From contig CAZGZL010000001.1 of assembly GCA_964530595.1 (NCBI GenBank), forward strand, positions 1 through 60,593: DNA of 60,593 nt. Direction: 5' to 3'. Positions within the stretch are counted from its first letter, which is position 1. Each line of letters opens with the position of its first letter. This DNA comes from an uncultured Prevotellaceae bacterium. GTDB taxonomy: Bacteria; Bacteroidota; Bacteroidia; Bacteroidales; UBA3663. This document shows positions 45,266 to 54,643 of the stretch, in pieces. Made by a program: the position numbers and the translations under genes. The notes beneath the pieces are model-generated. The model was not told the DNA's origin. It did no database searches and saw only the letters and a program-made list of their open reading frames with translations.

Positions 45266-47753
45266 TCTCACGCAAATAGCGGAGATCTTGGACACACAGC
45301 TGCGCGGCGGCAGATTAGCCAACGCCGCGGCACAACCGGCGGTCACAACACTTCTCACGGATAGTAGATCGCTGACCTTTGCACAGAATACTCTATTCTT
45401 TGCCCTTGTAACTCCCAAGGGCGATGGTCATCAATACATCCATCAACTTTACGAGCAAGGGGTGCGAGCCTTCGTCATCAGCCATTCCGCCGAAGACTTT
45501 TTCAAGAGTTGTCCGGAGGCATGGTTCTTGGTCGTCAAGGACGCCTTGACCGCCTTGCAGCAACTTGCCGCCTATCACCGCTCGCGTTTTCAGACTCCTG
45601 TCGTCGGCATTACGGGCAGCAATGGCAAGACTACGGTCAAAGAATGGCTCTATCAACTCCTACAAGACCGTAGACGCATCGTGCGCTCTCCGCGTAGCTA
45701 CAACTCGCAGATTGGTGTCCCGTTGTCGGTCTGGCAGTTGGACGATAGCTGCGATTTAGCCCTCATCGAAGCCGGTATCAGCAAGGTGGGGGAGATGTAC
45801 CGTTTGGAGAAGATCATCTCGCCCACGATCGGTATATTGACCAACATCGGCGATGCACATCAAGAAAACTTCGATTCGCGGATTCAAAAACTGGTGGAGA
45901 AGCTCTCCCTGTTCAAGAATAGCGACATCATTATTTATAATGCGGACATTCCCGACATCTCCGAAGCTATGGAGCTGGCGGGGGTCGGCGCACGCTCCAT
46001 GGCGTGGACGCTCAAGCACGAGGACGCGCAAATCGAAGTGCTCTCTACGCAGGTGATAGGGCAGCAAATGCGCGTGCGTTATTTATTTATGGGGTTGGAC
46101 GGCGAATTCACCCTTCCGTTCTGCGACGAAGCCGGCTTAGAGAATGCTTTGAACTGTTTAGCGTTGATGCTTTACCTTGCCATTCCGCCGGAGGTAATTC
46201 ACGCCAAGCTCGCCCAGTTGGAACCTATAGCTATGCGCATGGAGGTGATGGAGGGAAAAAGAGGGTGTCTGCTGATCAACGATGCCTATAACTCCGATCT
46301 TACATCGCTCGAAATCGCGTTGGACTTCCAGAAGCGTCGCGGCTCGGAAGCGTTACGTAGCAGCGTCATTTTGACGGACATCGACGAGAGCGGTCTCGTA
46401 CCCGGCGTGTTGTGCCAGCGAGTGGCAGATCTGTGTCGTTTGTACGGCTTGTATCGCTTTGTCGGCGTCGGACCGAAGATGTCAACTTATCGAACCCTTT
46501 TCGAAGAGGTTGCTGAGAACGTTTCATTCTATGAGACTACCGAACAACTGATTCAGTCGTCCGAGTTGGCAGAGATGTCGCGCGAATTCATTTTGCTCAA
46601 AGGGGCGCGCCGCTTCCGGTTGGAGCAAGTAGGCTCCCTCTTGCAGCTGCGTCGACATGAAACGATCTTGGAGGTCAACCTTGATGCCATCGTCCACAAC
46701 TTGGAATGTTATCGAGCACAGCTCAAGCCTGAGACGAAAATTGTCTGCATGGTCAAGGCTTTCGGTTATGGCAACGGCTCGTATGAATTGGCAAAGACCT
46801 TGCAAGACTGTCACGTCGACTATTTGGCTGTCGCCGTCGCTGACGAGGGGGCTGAACTCCGTAGGCAAGGCATCCACCTTCCCATCATGGTTATGAATCC
46901 GGAAATGTCGGCGTTCCGCGTCCTCATCGAGAATAGATTGGAGCCAGAGATCTATAGCTTCCGTTTGCTCGAGGCATTTGCACGCGAAGTCGATCGTATG
47001 GGAATCACCCGCTATCCCATTCATATCAAGATCGACTCCGGCATGCATCGCTTGGGCTTCCAACCGCACGAGATGGCGACCCTGATCCCCGAGTTGCAGC
47101 AATGCAGCGCGGTGCAGGTGGCGAGTGTCTTCTCTCACTTAGCGGGGGCGGACAGCGTAGAATTCGATGCCTTCACAATGGAACAGATCAGCCGTTTCAA
47201 GAGCTGCGCGGATGCGATCTCTGCTGCATTTTCGCACAAGATCTTGCATCACATACTCAACTCTGCCGGCATGGAACGCTTCCCGCAATATCAATTTGAT
47301 ATGTGTCGTTTGGGCATTGGACTCTATGGTTTCGAAGCCTCGGACGAACGCTTGGGATTGGCGCCGGTTTCGACCCTCAAGAGCACCATCTTGCAGATCA
47401 AAGAGATTGATGCAACCGAGACGGTCGGTTATAGTCGGCGTGGAAAGTTGCAACGCACTTCGCGCATCGCTATGGTGCCTATCGGCTACGCGGACGGCTA
47501 CGATAGACGTTTAGGCAACGGTCATTCCACCGTGCTCATCGGTGGCAAGCGCTGCCCGACAGTTGGCAACGTCTGCATGGACGTCACTTTTGTAGACGTC
47601 ACGGATTGTCCCGAAGCATACGAGGGTGAGGAGGTGATCATTTGGGGCGCCGGTATTCCGATGACGGAACTCTCAGATACCTTGGGCACCATCGTTTACG
47701 AAGTGATGTCCACCCTTGGCACGCGCGTTAAGCGTGTCTATTATAAAGAGTGA
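45249..47753 (+). CDS. bifunctional UDP-N-acetylmuramoyl-tripeptide--D-alanyl-D-alanine ligase (MurF-like) / alanine racemase fusion
   Basis: The N-terminal half has the Mur ligase P-loop GITGSNGKTTVKEWL and DAYNSD. The C-terminal half has the alanine racemase PLP site MVKAFGYGNG, plus VFSHLAGAD and VGYSRRG...MVPIGYADGY. It overlaps the GSCFA gene by 17 nt. Confidence 0.88.
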   Translation: MAYHYNLTQIAEILDTQLRGGRLANAAAQPAVTTLLTDSRSLTFAQNTLFFALVTPKGDGHQYIHQLYEQGVRAFVISHSAEDFFKSCPEAWFLVVKDALTALQQLAAYHRSRFQTPVVGITGSNGKTTVKEWLYQLLQDRRRIVRSPRSYNSQIGVPLSVWQLDDSCDLALIEAGISKVGEMYRLEKIISPTIGILTNIGDAHQENFDSRIQKLVEKLSLFKNSDIIIYNADIPDISEAMELAGVGARSMAWTLKHEDAQIEVLSTQVIGQQMRVRYLFMGLDGEFTLPFCDEAGLENALNCLALMLYLAIPPEVIHAKLAQLEPIAMRMEVMEGKRGCLLINDAYNSDLTSLEIALDFQKRRGSEALRSSVILTDIDESGLVPGVLCQRVADLCRLYGLYRFVGVGPKMSTYRTLFEEVAENVSFYETTEQLIQSSELAEMSREFILLKGARRFRLEQVGSLLQLRRHETILEVNLDAIVHNLECYRAQLKPETKIVCMVKAFGYGNGSYELAKTLQDCHVDYLAVAVADEGAELRRQGIHLPIMVMNPEMSAFRVLIENRLEPEIYSFRLLEAFAREVDRMGITRYPIHIKIDSGMHRLGFQPHEMATLIPELQQCSAVQVASVFSHLAGADSVEFDAFTMEQISRFKSCADAISAAFSHKILHHILNSAGMERFPQYQFDMCRLGIGLYGFEASDERLGLAPVSTLKSTILQIKEIDATETVGYSRRGKLQRTSRIAMVPIGYADGYDRRLGNGHSTVLIGGKRCPTVGNVCMDVTFVDVTDCPEAYEGEEVIIWGAGIPMTELSDTLGTIVYEVMSTLGTRVKRVYYKE

Positions 47754-47810
47754 AAACTTTCAAACGAAACGGGGCGGCGAAACATCGCCTCGATCATAAA
47801 CATACGGAAC

Positions 47811-50789
47811 ATGAAACAACGACACACACAACGTACAACTCCCCGGCGTTGGATCGCGCTTGCCGCCTTCGCCGTTTGCATGGGCAGTGGATTGTATGCC
47901 CAACAGTCGGAAACGCTCTATTTGTCCGGTCGCGGCGTAGACGACACCCGCACGTGGAACTTTAAATGCTCAGCCGGACAGAATGCTGGACGATGGGGCA
48001 AGATTTCGGTGCCTTCGCAGTGGGAATTGCAAGGGTACGGAGATTACACCTACGGCAGATGGTATGTCAACAAAGAAACTCCTAATCCGAGCATGGAGGA
48101 GGGTGATTACGAATATTCCTTCAAAGTCCCCGCCTCGTGGAACGGTCAGCGCATCGTCCTTTGGTTTGACGGCGTGATGACAGATACGGACGTCCGCCTC
48201 AATGGTCAGTCTGCGGGCGAGCAACATCAAGGCGGATTCTACCGTTTCGGATACGACGTTACCAACCTTATTCAGCCCGGAAAGAAAAATAAATTAGAGG
48301 TGCATGTTGCGAAACACTCCTCTAACAAGAGCATCAATGCCGCCGAACGCAAAGCCGACTGGTGGCTTTTTGGTGGCATCTATCGTCCGGTGTGGTTGGA
48401 GGCAATGCCTACCACAGCCATCACGCACTTAGCCGTTGATGCGCGTGGCGACGGCACGTTGAATGTAGTGGTCGAGACGGTCGGGGAGACCTCCCGGTGC
48501 ACTCTTGTCGCGGAAGTCCTACCATTGGAGGGGGGCAACGCCTTGGGATCCGCCACCGCCGCCGTTGGCGATCGACAGGTGACACCTATTGGTCTCACCG
48601 CCCTTCAGGGACAGACCGCCCACACAAGCCGTCTCTCCTTTGCTTGTGGCTCCGTACTGCCATGGACGTGCGAGACTCCCAACCGGTACCTTTTGCGGGT
48701 GCGTTTGACTGATGCTAATGGTATCACCGTTCACGAACGTACCTCTCGCATCGGTTTTCGTACTATCGAGTTTCGCCCGCACGACGGATTGTACCTCAAC
48801 GACACTAAATTGATCCTCAAAGGGGTCAACCGCCATAGTTTCTGGCCGGAGGGAGGTCGTACGACCAGCGCCGCACTGAGTGTTGAAGACGTCAAGCTCA
48901 TCAAAGGCATGAACATGAACGCCGTGCGTTCACACTACCCGCCGGATGAGCACTTCTTGGATGCTTGCGACAGCTTGGGCTTGTTCTATTTGGACGAGTT
49001 GGCGGGTTGGCAAAACAATTATGATACACAGGTCGGCGCCCGCTTGCAGGAAGAGATGATTCGTCGCGACGTCAACCATCCTTGTATTTTCTTGTGGAGT
49101 AATGGCAACGAAGGGGGCTGGAACACAGAATTGGACGCTCGCTTTGCCGATTATGACCCGCAACACCGTCACGTCGTGCACCCGTGGGCTGACTTTGATG
49201 AGCTCGACACCCACCACTATCCGGCGTACTTGACCGGCGTAGGGCGATTCAACAACGGCGGCAATGTCTTTATGCCCACAGAATTTATGCACGCCTTGTA
49301 CGATCAAGGCGGAGGCGCCGGTCTTGCCGATTTCTGGAATCGTTGGCTCACGTCGCCTCTCTTTGCCGGAGGTTTTATTTGGGCTTTCTGCGACGAAGCG
49401 GTTGCCCGCAGTGATAAGGGTGGAATATTGGACAGCGACGGCAGCAACGCCCCCGACGGCATCGTCGGGCCGCACCGCGAGAAGGAGGGCAGTTATTACG
49501 CGATCCGCGAGGTATGGAGTCCGATCCAGATCAAGCCGGTGCGTATCACATCCTCTTACGATGGCTCGCTCTATGTCTCTAACGGCTACCTCTTCTCAGA
49601 CTTGAGCCGTTGCCGCTTGGCGTATCGTCTTCTCTCTTGTCCCTCGCCTATGGTTAGCTGTGATCAGATTCCGCAGTCGGAGGTGAGATACAGCGCTGAG
49701 TTGCCCCTGCCGGAGATCCAACCGGGTGAGACGCGTCGTGTGCAGCTCACTCTGCCTGATTTGGAAACAGCAGATGTCTTGGAGATCGCTGCCATCGACT
49801 ATAAGGGCGATACCGTCACGAATCTCTCCTTCCCCATACATACGCCGGAAGAATACTACAGCATTCAGCAAGCCTTTACCCCTTCGACTCTCCAAATGGA
49901 ACATCCGGAGGCACGCCGCAGTGATGGCGAGATTGTCCTAAGTAATAGTTCTGCCGAAGTGCGTTTCTCGGACGAAACGGGATATATCACCTTGATGCAG
50001 CGCGATGGACGTACTGTGCGCCTGAATAACGGTCCCAAAGCTGTGGGCATGTTGATGCAGTACCGTCCGGAGAAAAGCAGCGTTCGCACAGAGGGTGAGG
50101 AGGCGGTTTTTGTTGCCCGTTACCTCGGTGGCGTTGACAGCATTGTTTGGCGGTTGACGCACGACGGTGCATTGACTATGGACGCCGTACTACTCAATCG
50201 TGAAAACGGAGGCATTGGACGTGGCGCACAGGGCATCGAAGGCTTTGACGGTGCTTTTATGGATACGCAGGTCTACAACCTTGGTCTTACCTTCAGCTAT
50301 CCCGAAGAGGATTGCAGCGGTATCACTTGGTTAGGTCGAGGTCCTTACCGTGTTTGGAAGAATCGCATTCCGGGCACCAACTATGGTATTTGGAGCAAGG
50401 CAGCCAATAATACCATCACCGGTGAGAGCTCCGGACGACTCAATTACCCGGAGTTCAAAGGCTATCATGCTAACCTCTACTGGGCACGCTTAGAAGGGGT
50501 GACAACGCATAACAAGCAAGGCGATACTACTACCGCTCCGCTCACCATCTACACGCAAACGGAGAATCTCTATTTGCGCCTCTTCACTCCCGAAGAGCCT
50601 GAGGGTCGTGCCGGCGGCAAGAACACCATGCCGACCTTCCCCGAAGGGGATTTGAGCTTCCTTTTGGACATCCCGGCTATTCAATCATTCAAACCCATCG
50701 AACAGCAAGGCCCGCAGTCTCAGCCCGGCAACATTCGTATCAAGAAGGGGGACGACGGTCTGCGCATTCGCACGACATTCGTCTTCTGA
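47811..50789 (+). CDS. glycoside hydrolase family 2 (beta-galactosidase/beta-glucuronidase-like), secreted
   Basis: Signal peptide, a sugar-binding N-domain (FKVPASWNGQRIVLWFDGVMTDTDVRLNG), and a TIM-barrel region with NAVRSHYPPDEHFLDACDSLGLF and the acid/base block IFLWSNGNEGG. There is a long C-terminal extension. Confidence 0.85.
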   Translation: MKQRHTQRTTPRRWIALAAFAVCMGSGLYAQQSETLYLSGRGVDDTRTWNFKCSAGQNAGRWGKISVPSQWELQGYGDYTYGRWYVNKETPNPSMEEGDYEYSFKVPASWNGQRIVLWFDGVMTDTDVRLNGQSAGEQHQGGFYRFGYDVTNLIQPGKKNKLEVHVAKHSSNKSINAAERKADWWLFGGIYRPVWLEAMPTTAITHLAVDARGDGTLNVVVETVGETSRCTLVAEVLPLEGGNALGSATAAVGDRQVTPIGLTALQGQTAHTSRLSFACGSVLPWTCETPNRYLLRVRLTDANGITVHERTSRIGFRTIEFRPHDGLYLNDTKLILKGVNRHSFWPEGGRTTSAALSVEDVKLIKGMNMNAVRSHYPPDEHFLDACDSLGLFYLDELAGWQNNYDTQVGARLQEEMIRRDVNHPCIFLWSNGNEGGWNTELDARFADYDPQHRHVVHPWADFDELDTHHYPAYLTGVGRFNNGGNVFMPTEFMHALYDQGGGAGLADFWNRWLTSPLFAGGFIWAFCDEAVARSDKGGILDSDGSNAPDGIVGPHREKEGSYYAIREVWSPIQIKPVRITSSYDGSLYVSNGYLFSDLSRCRLAYRLLSCPSPMVSCDQIPQSEVRYSAELPLPEIQPGETRRVQLTLPDLETADVLEIAAIDYKGDTVTNLSFPIHTPEEYYSIQQAFTPSTLQMEHPEARRSDGEIVLSNSSAEVRFSDETGYITLMQRDGRTVRLNNGPKAVGMLMQYRPEKSSVRTEGEEAVFVARYLGGVDSIVWRLTHDGALTMDAVLLNRENGGIGRGAQGIEGFDGAFMDTQVYNLGLTFSYPEEDCSGITWLGRGPYRVWKNRIPGTNYGIWSKAANNTITGESSGRLNYPEFKGYHANLYWARLEGVTTHNKQGDTTTAPLTIYTQTENLYLRLFTPEEPEGRAGGKNTMPTFPEGDLSFLLDIPAIQSFKPIEQQGPQSQPGNIRIKKGDDGLRIRTTFVF

Positions 50790-50797
50790 CCAGAACA

Positions 50798-52096
50798 ATG
50801 AAGTTCAGCCGAATTTTATATCTCTGTTTGGCGCTTTTCGCTATAACTCCCGTTCTGTCTCCATTGAGGGGGCAGAACGGGAGCGTTGTAGCGGATAGTT
50901 TGCTGCATCGTGCCCTGTTGGACGAAGGTGTCTCCGGTCGGTACGATGGCGATGTAGCGATCTTTCCCCGTGGCGATTTGAAGTTCGACGATCTGTTTCA
51001 CGTCATCCGACAGGCGCGCCACCACGTACACATCGAATACTTCATCTTTGCCGATGACAGTATTGCGCATGCTCTGCTTGACCTCTTGCGCGCCAAAGCG
51101 GCAGAGGGGATCGAAGTACGGCTACTCATTGATGACTTTAAGTCCGTCAGCCGTCACTATGGATTTACAGCCAAGCGCCTCTCTGCGTTACGCGCCGAAG
51201 GGATAGACGTCCGGATGTTTGATCCCTTCAAATTCCCCTACGTCAACCATATTGCACGCGATCACCGCAAGATTGTTGTCGTAGATGGACGCATCGGCTA
51301 CATCGGAGGCTTAAACGTCTCGGACTACTACATCCATGGCGATCCGGAGGGTTACGGCGAGTGGCGTGACACCCATGCGCGCATTGTGGGGCCTGCGGTC
51401 GAAGTGTTACAACGCTACTTCCTTCAGAGCTTCACCACCGCCGGTGGAGCCTCTTTTGAGGGTGTCGAATACTATCCCTACACGCTCAGTCCAGCGGATG
51501 GAGATACCGTCCCCGTAGACTACTTTCAGTTGCCCCCATCGTTACCGACGCGCGGTATCACCTTCGTAGAACGTTCCAAGGAGCGCAAAGCGGAAATGCG
51601 GCGCTCCTTTGTGGCGGCGTTCAACAGCGCACAGCGCAAGATGCTCATCGTCTCGCCTTACTTCATGCCGACGGCGAGCGTTCGTCGTGCCTTGATTCGG
51701 GCATTAGATCGTGGGGTTGAGGTGCAAATCCTCCTCTCTGCCGCGTGCGACGAACCGTTGTTGCTCTATGGTAACTACAACTTTGCGCGGCGGTTGATCC
51801 ATCACGGCGCACAAGTCTACATCTATCAGGGAGGTTTTCATCACAGTAAGATCCTCATGGTCGATGATAGTTATTCTATGGTTGGTTCTGCCAACCTCAA
51901 CAGCCGCTCGTTGCGGTGGGATTACGAAGCCTCCTGCTTCATTTACAGTTCCGAAGTCACCCGCCGATTAACGGAGATCTTCGAAGACGACCTCACTCGC
52001 AGCGTGCCGATGACGGATTCGCTTTACCATTCCTTCTCCCGTCGCAAACGAATCTTGGGAGGCGTTGTCAATCACTTGCTGACGCCGATCCTCTGA
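50798..52096 (+). CDS. cls: cardiolipin synthase / phospholipase D-family phosphatidyltransferase
   Basis: Two HKD motifs are present: HRKIVVVDGRIGYIGGLNVSD and HHSKILMVDDSYSMVGSANLNSRS. An N-terminal hydrophobic anchor is present. The gene starts 8 nt after the GH2 stop. Confidence 0.88.
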   Translation: MKFSRILYLCLALFAITPVLSPLRGQNGSVVADSLLHRALLDEGVSGRYDGDVAIFPRGDLKFDDLFHVIRQARHHVHIEYFIFADDSIAHALLDLLRAKAAEGIEVRLLIDDFKSVSRHYGFTAKRLSALRAEGIDVRMFDPFKFPYVNHIARDHRKIVVVDGRIGYIGGLNVSDYYIHGDPEGYGEWRDTHARIVGPAVEVLQRYFLQSFTTAGGASFEGVEYYPYTLSPADGDTVPVDYFQLPPSLPTRGITFVERSKERKAEMRRSFVAAFNSAQRKMLIVSPYFMPTASVRRALIRALDRGVEVQILLSAACDEPLLLYGNYNFARRLIHHGAQVYIYQGGFHHSKILMVDDSYSMVGSANLNSRSLRWDYEASCFIYSSEVTRRLTEIFEDDLTRSVPMTDSLYHSFSRRKRILGGVVNHLLTPIL

Positions 52097-52150
52097 TGCC
52101 GTAGGAGGCTTTTTGTCGTAGGACTCTTTTGTAACTACGTCAAAATGACC

Positions 52151-52158
52151 TATCTTTG
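52151..52158 (+). promoter_or_regulatory. candidate -7 box (TATCTTTG) upstream of the GH3-family gene
   Basis: TAnnTTTG match 74 nt upstream of the ATG at 52232. It lies inside the longer track ORF, which favours the 52232 start. Confidence 0.3.
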
Positions 52159-52231
52159 CCGCATTCTGAGCAGAGATCTCTCTGCTACACATTTTCGGAA
52201 TATAATTATTAAATCATCACATATCTTTTCA

Positions 52232-53932
52232 ATGAAGAAAATAGAAACCAAGAATCTCTGGTTGGTCAACACCGCGTTGACGTGTGCCGGTGGATTGTTG
52301 TACCTCAAACTCAAGCAGGCCAGCAAGAACCCCCGCAAAACCAGCGAAAAGACCTTGCGCGATATTCTGAGCTTTGCTAAAGACTCTGTATATGGTCGCG
52401 AACATCACTTTGCCGACATCTTGAAGGCGCGTGACGACAAAGAGTTGTACGAACTCTATGAGAAATACGTGACGCCGAACGATTACGAAGATCTCCGTCC
52501 CTATGTGGAACGTCACAAGCACGGTGAGGCCAACGTCCTCTTCCCCGGCAAACCTGTGCTCTATGCCACAACGAGCGGCACCACCAGTCAACCCAAATGG
52601 ATTCCGATCACGCAGACCTATCTGAAGAATGTCTATGGCAAGATGACCAAGGTTTGGCTCTTCAATTTCATCAAAAATCGTCCTCACGTCTTCGAAGGTC
52701 CGATTGTCTCCATTGTTGGCAAGCGCATTGAAGGATACGCCCCGGACGGCACCATCTTTGGCTCTGTCTCAGGCGTCACACAGCAGGACGCGCCGCAATT
52801 CGTCAAAGACCTCTATACCGCCCCGGCTGAGGTATTCGCTATCGAGGACTATAAGGCTCGCTACTACGCCATCATGCGTATGGGTATTGAACGCAATGTG
52901 CACTTGGTGATCACTGCCAATCCCTCGACGATCGTTGAAATGCAGAACAACGTCAATCAATTCTATGACGATTATGTAGACGACATCGAACACGGCACCA
53001 TGAGCTCGAAGCTGGACATCAAGCCTGAGATCCGTCAGGCATTGGCTCCCTACCTCAAACCCAACCCCGAACGTGCTGCCGAGTTACGTGCGCTGAAGAA
53101 GCAGTATGGCACAGTGCTTCCCAAACACTATTGGCCCGATTTGCAGATTCTCACCACGTGGAAGTGTGGCAACACGCGCGTTTACTTGGATAAATTCAAG
53201 GACTCCTTCCCTGAGGGTATGTTGCATCAGGAATTTGCCTACTTCTCCAGCGAATGCCGCTTCGGTCTTGTCTTGGACGATACGCTGAATACCGTTCTCT
53301 TCCCTCACTACCACTTCTACGAATTTATCGCCGAAGAGGATTTGGGCAAAGAAAATCCCCATTTCTTGCGCCTCCACGAGCTTCAGTCGGGCAAACGCTA
53401 TTGTCCTTACGTCACGACGTATGCCGGCTTGTATCGTTACAATATGAACGACCTTGTTGAGGCAGGTCCGAGCTTCGAGGGCACTCCTACGGTACACATG
53501 ATCCAAAAAGTAAACGGTATTGTCACCATGACGGGCGAGAAGCTTCATGAGCGCCAATTTATCGATGCCGTACACGATGCAGAGGTAGAGACCGGCATTC
53601 GCACGAAGTTCTTTATCGGTTTTGCTGACCTCGCGACCTCCTCGTACCATTTCTATTACGAGTTTGCTGACGCTGAAATGACGCAGCAAAAGGCCGACGA
53701 ATTTACAGTCGTTGTGGATCGTTTATTGAAGGAGAAGAATATGGAATATGATGCCAAACGCAAGTCTTTCCGCGTCAAGGATCCTGTGGCGCACATTTTG
53801 GTGGCAGATTCCTATGAGAAGTTTAAGGCGCGTTGCATTTCCGAAGGTATGCGCGACGGACAATTCAAGCTCAACCTCCTGCTTCAGGATGAAGGACGTC
53901 ATGCCAAGTTCAAAGACTTGGTTCGTCCCTAA
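52232..53932 (+). CDS. GH3 (auxin-responsive-promoter/JAR1-like) family adenylate-forming protein
   Basis: 566 aa. The adenylation P-loop-like motif VLYATTSGTTSQPKWIP and overall GH3-family colinearity (YGSVSG, YRYNMNDLV) support the call. Confidence 0.8.
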   Translation: MKKIETKNLWLVNTALTCAGGLLYLKLKQASKNPRKTSEKTLRDILSFAKDSVYGREHHFADILKARDDKELYELYEKYVTPNDYEDLRPYVERHKHGEANVLFPGKPVLYATTSGTTSQPKWIPITQTYLKNVYGKMTKVWLFNFIKNRPHVFEGPIVSIVGKRIEGYAPDGTIFGSVSGVTQQDAPQFVKDLYTAPAEVFAIEDYKARYYAIMRMGIERNVHLVITANPSTIVEMQNNVNQFYDDYVDDIEHGTMSSKLDIKPEIRQALAPYLKPNPERAAELRALKKQYGTVLPKHYWPDLQILTTWKCGNTRVYLDKFKDSFPEGMLHQEFAYFSSECRFGLVLDDTLNTVLFPHYHFYEFIAEEDLGKENPHFLRLHELQSGKRYCPYVTTYAGLYRYNMNDLVEAGPSFEGTPTVHMIQKVNGIVTMTGEKLHERQFIDAVHDAEVETGIRTKFFIGFADLATSSYHFYYEFADAEMTQQKADEFTVVVDRLLKEKNMEYDAKRKSFRVKDPVAHILVADSYEKFKARCISEGMRDGQFKLNLLLQDEGRHAKFKDLVRP

Positions 53933-53949
53933 TGTAATACTTTTAGATT

Positions 53950-54630
53950 ATGGTTCAACCCATAGATTTTACCACCTTGCGTGCCGTCGTCTTTGATCTC
54001 GACGGCACGCTTTATGATTCTTGGCGTTTGCCTTTGCGCCTCGTTTGCTCTGATCTCGCCCATGCCTTCATGCTGCGTGCCGAACGCCGAGTTCGCAAGC
54101 AGTTGGCGGGGCAGTCCTTTACTGACGAGGAGCACTTATACGCCGCCCTTTTTCGAGGCATCGCAGAGCTACGCGGCTGTTCCGTGGAACGGGTGGCAGC
54201 ATGGTATCGTCAGGGATATATGCCGCAGATGGTGCGCACCCTGCAACGTCACTATCAGGCACGCCCCGATGCAGTAGCCTTGTTGCGTACCTTACAACAA
54301 CGGGGGCTGACGGTAGCCGTCTTTTCTGACTACGGCGCTGTCGCTGCCAAGCTCGAAGCCTTGCACATTCCCTCCGACCTTCCGAATCGCTTGTTCGAAG
54401 CTCCCGCATTAGGCGGTCTGAAGCCTTGTGCTCAGAGTTTCCGTGCTGTGGCGCAGCAGTTGGGTGTGTCGCCTCAAGAGATCTTGATGATCGGCGACCG
54501 CGACGATACCGATGGCGCAGGCGCACGATCTTGCGGCATGAAGTTTCTGCAATTAGCTAAAGCCGAGAGCTCCGCTCCCCAACAATGCACATGGGAGCAG
54601 TTGTGCCGCATGGTACTGCATGCCGAATGA
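53950..54630 (+). CDS. HAD-superfamily hydrolase
   Basis: Canonical motif I VVFDLDGTLYDS, motif II VFSDY and motif IV MIGDRDDTDGAGA. Confidence 0.85.
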   Translation: MVQPIDFTTLRAVVFDLDGTLYDSWRLPLRLVCSDLAHAFMLRAERRVRKQLAGQSFTDEEHLYAALFRGIAELRGCSVERVAAWYRQGYMPQMVRTLQRHYQARPDAVALLRTLQQRGLTVAVFSDYGAVAAKLEALHIPSDLPNRLFEAPALGGLKPCAQSFRAVAQQLGVSPQEILMIGDRDDTDGAGARSCGMKFLQLAKAESSAPQQCTWEQLCRMVLHAE

Positions 54631-54643
54631 AAGATAGATACCC

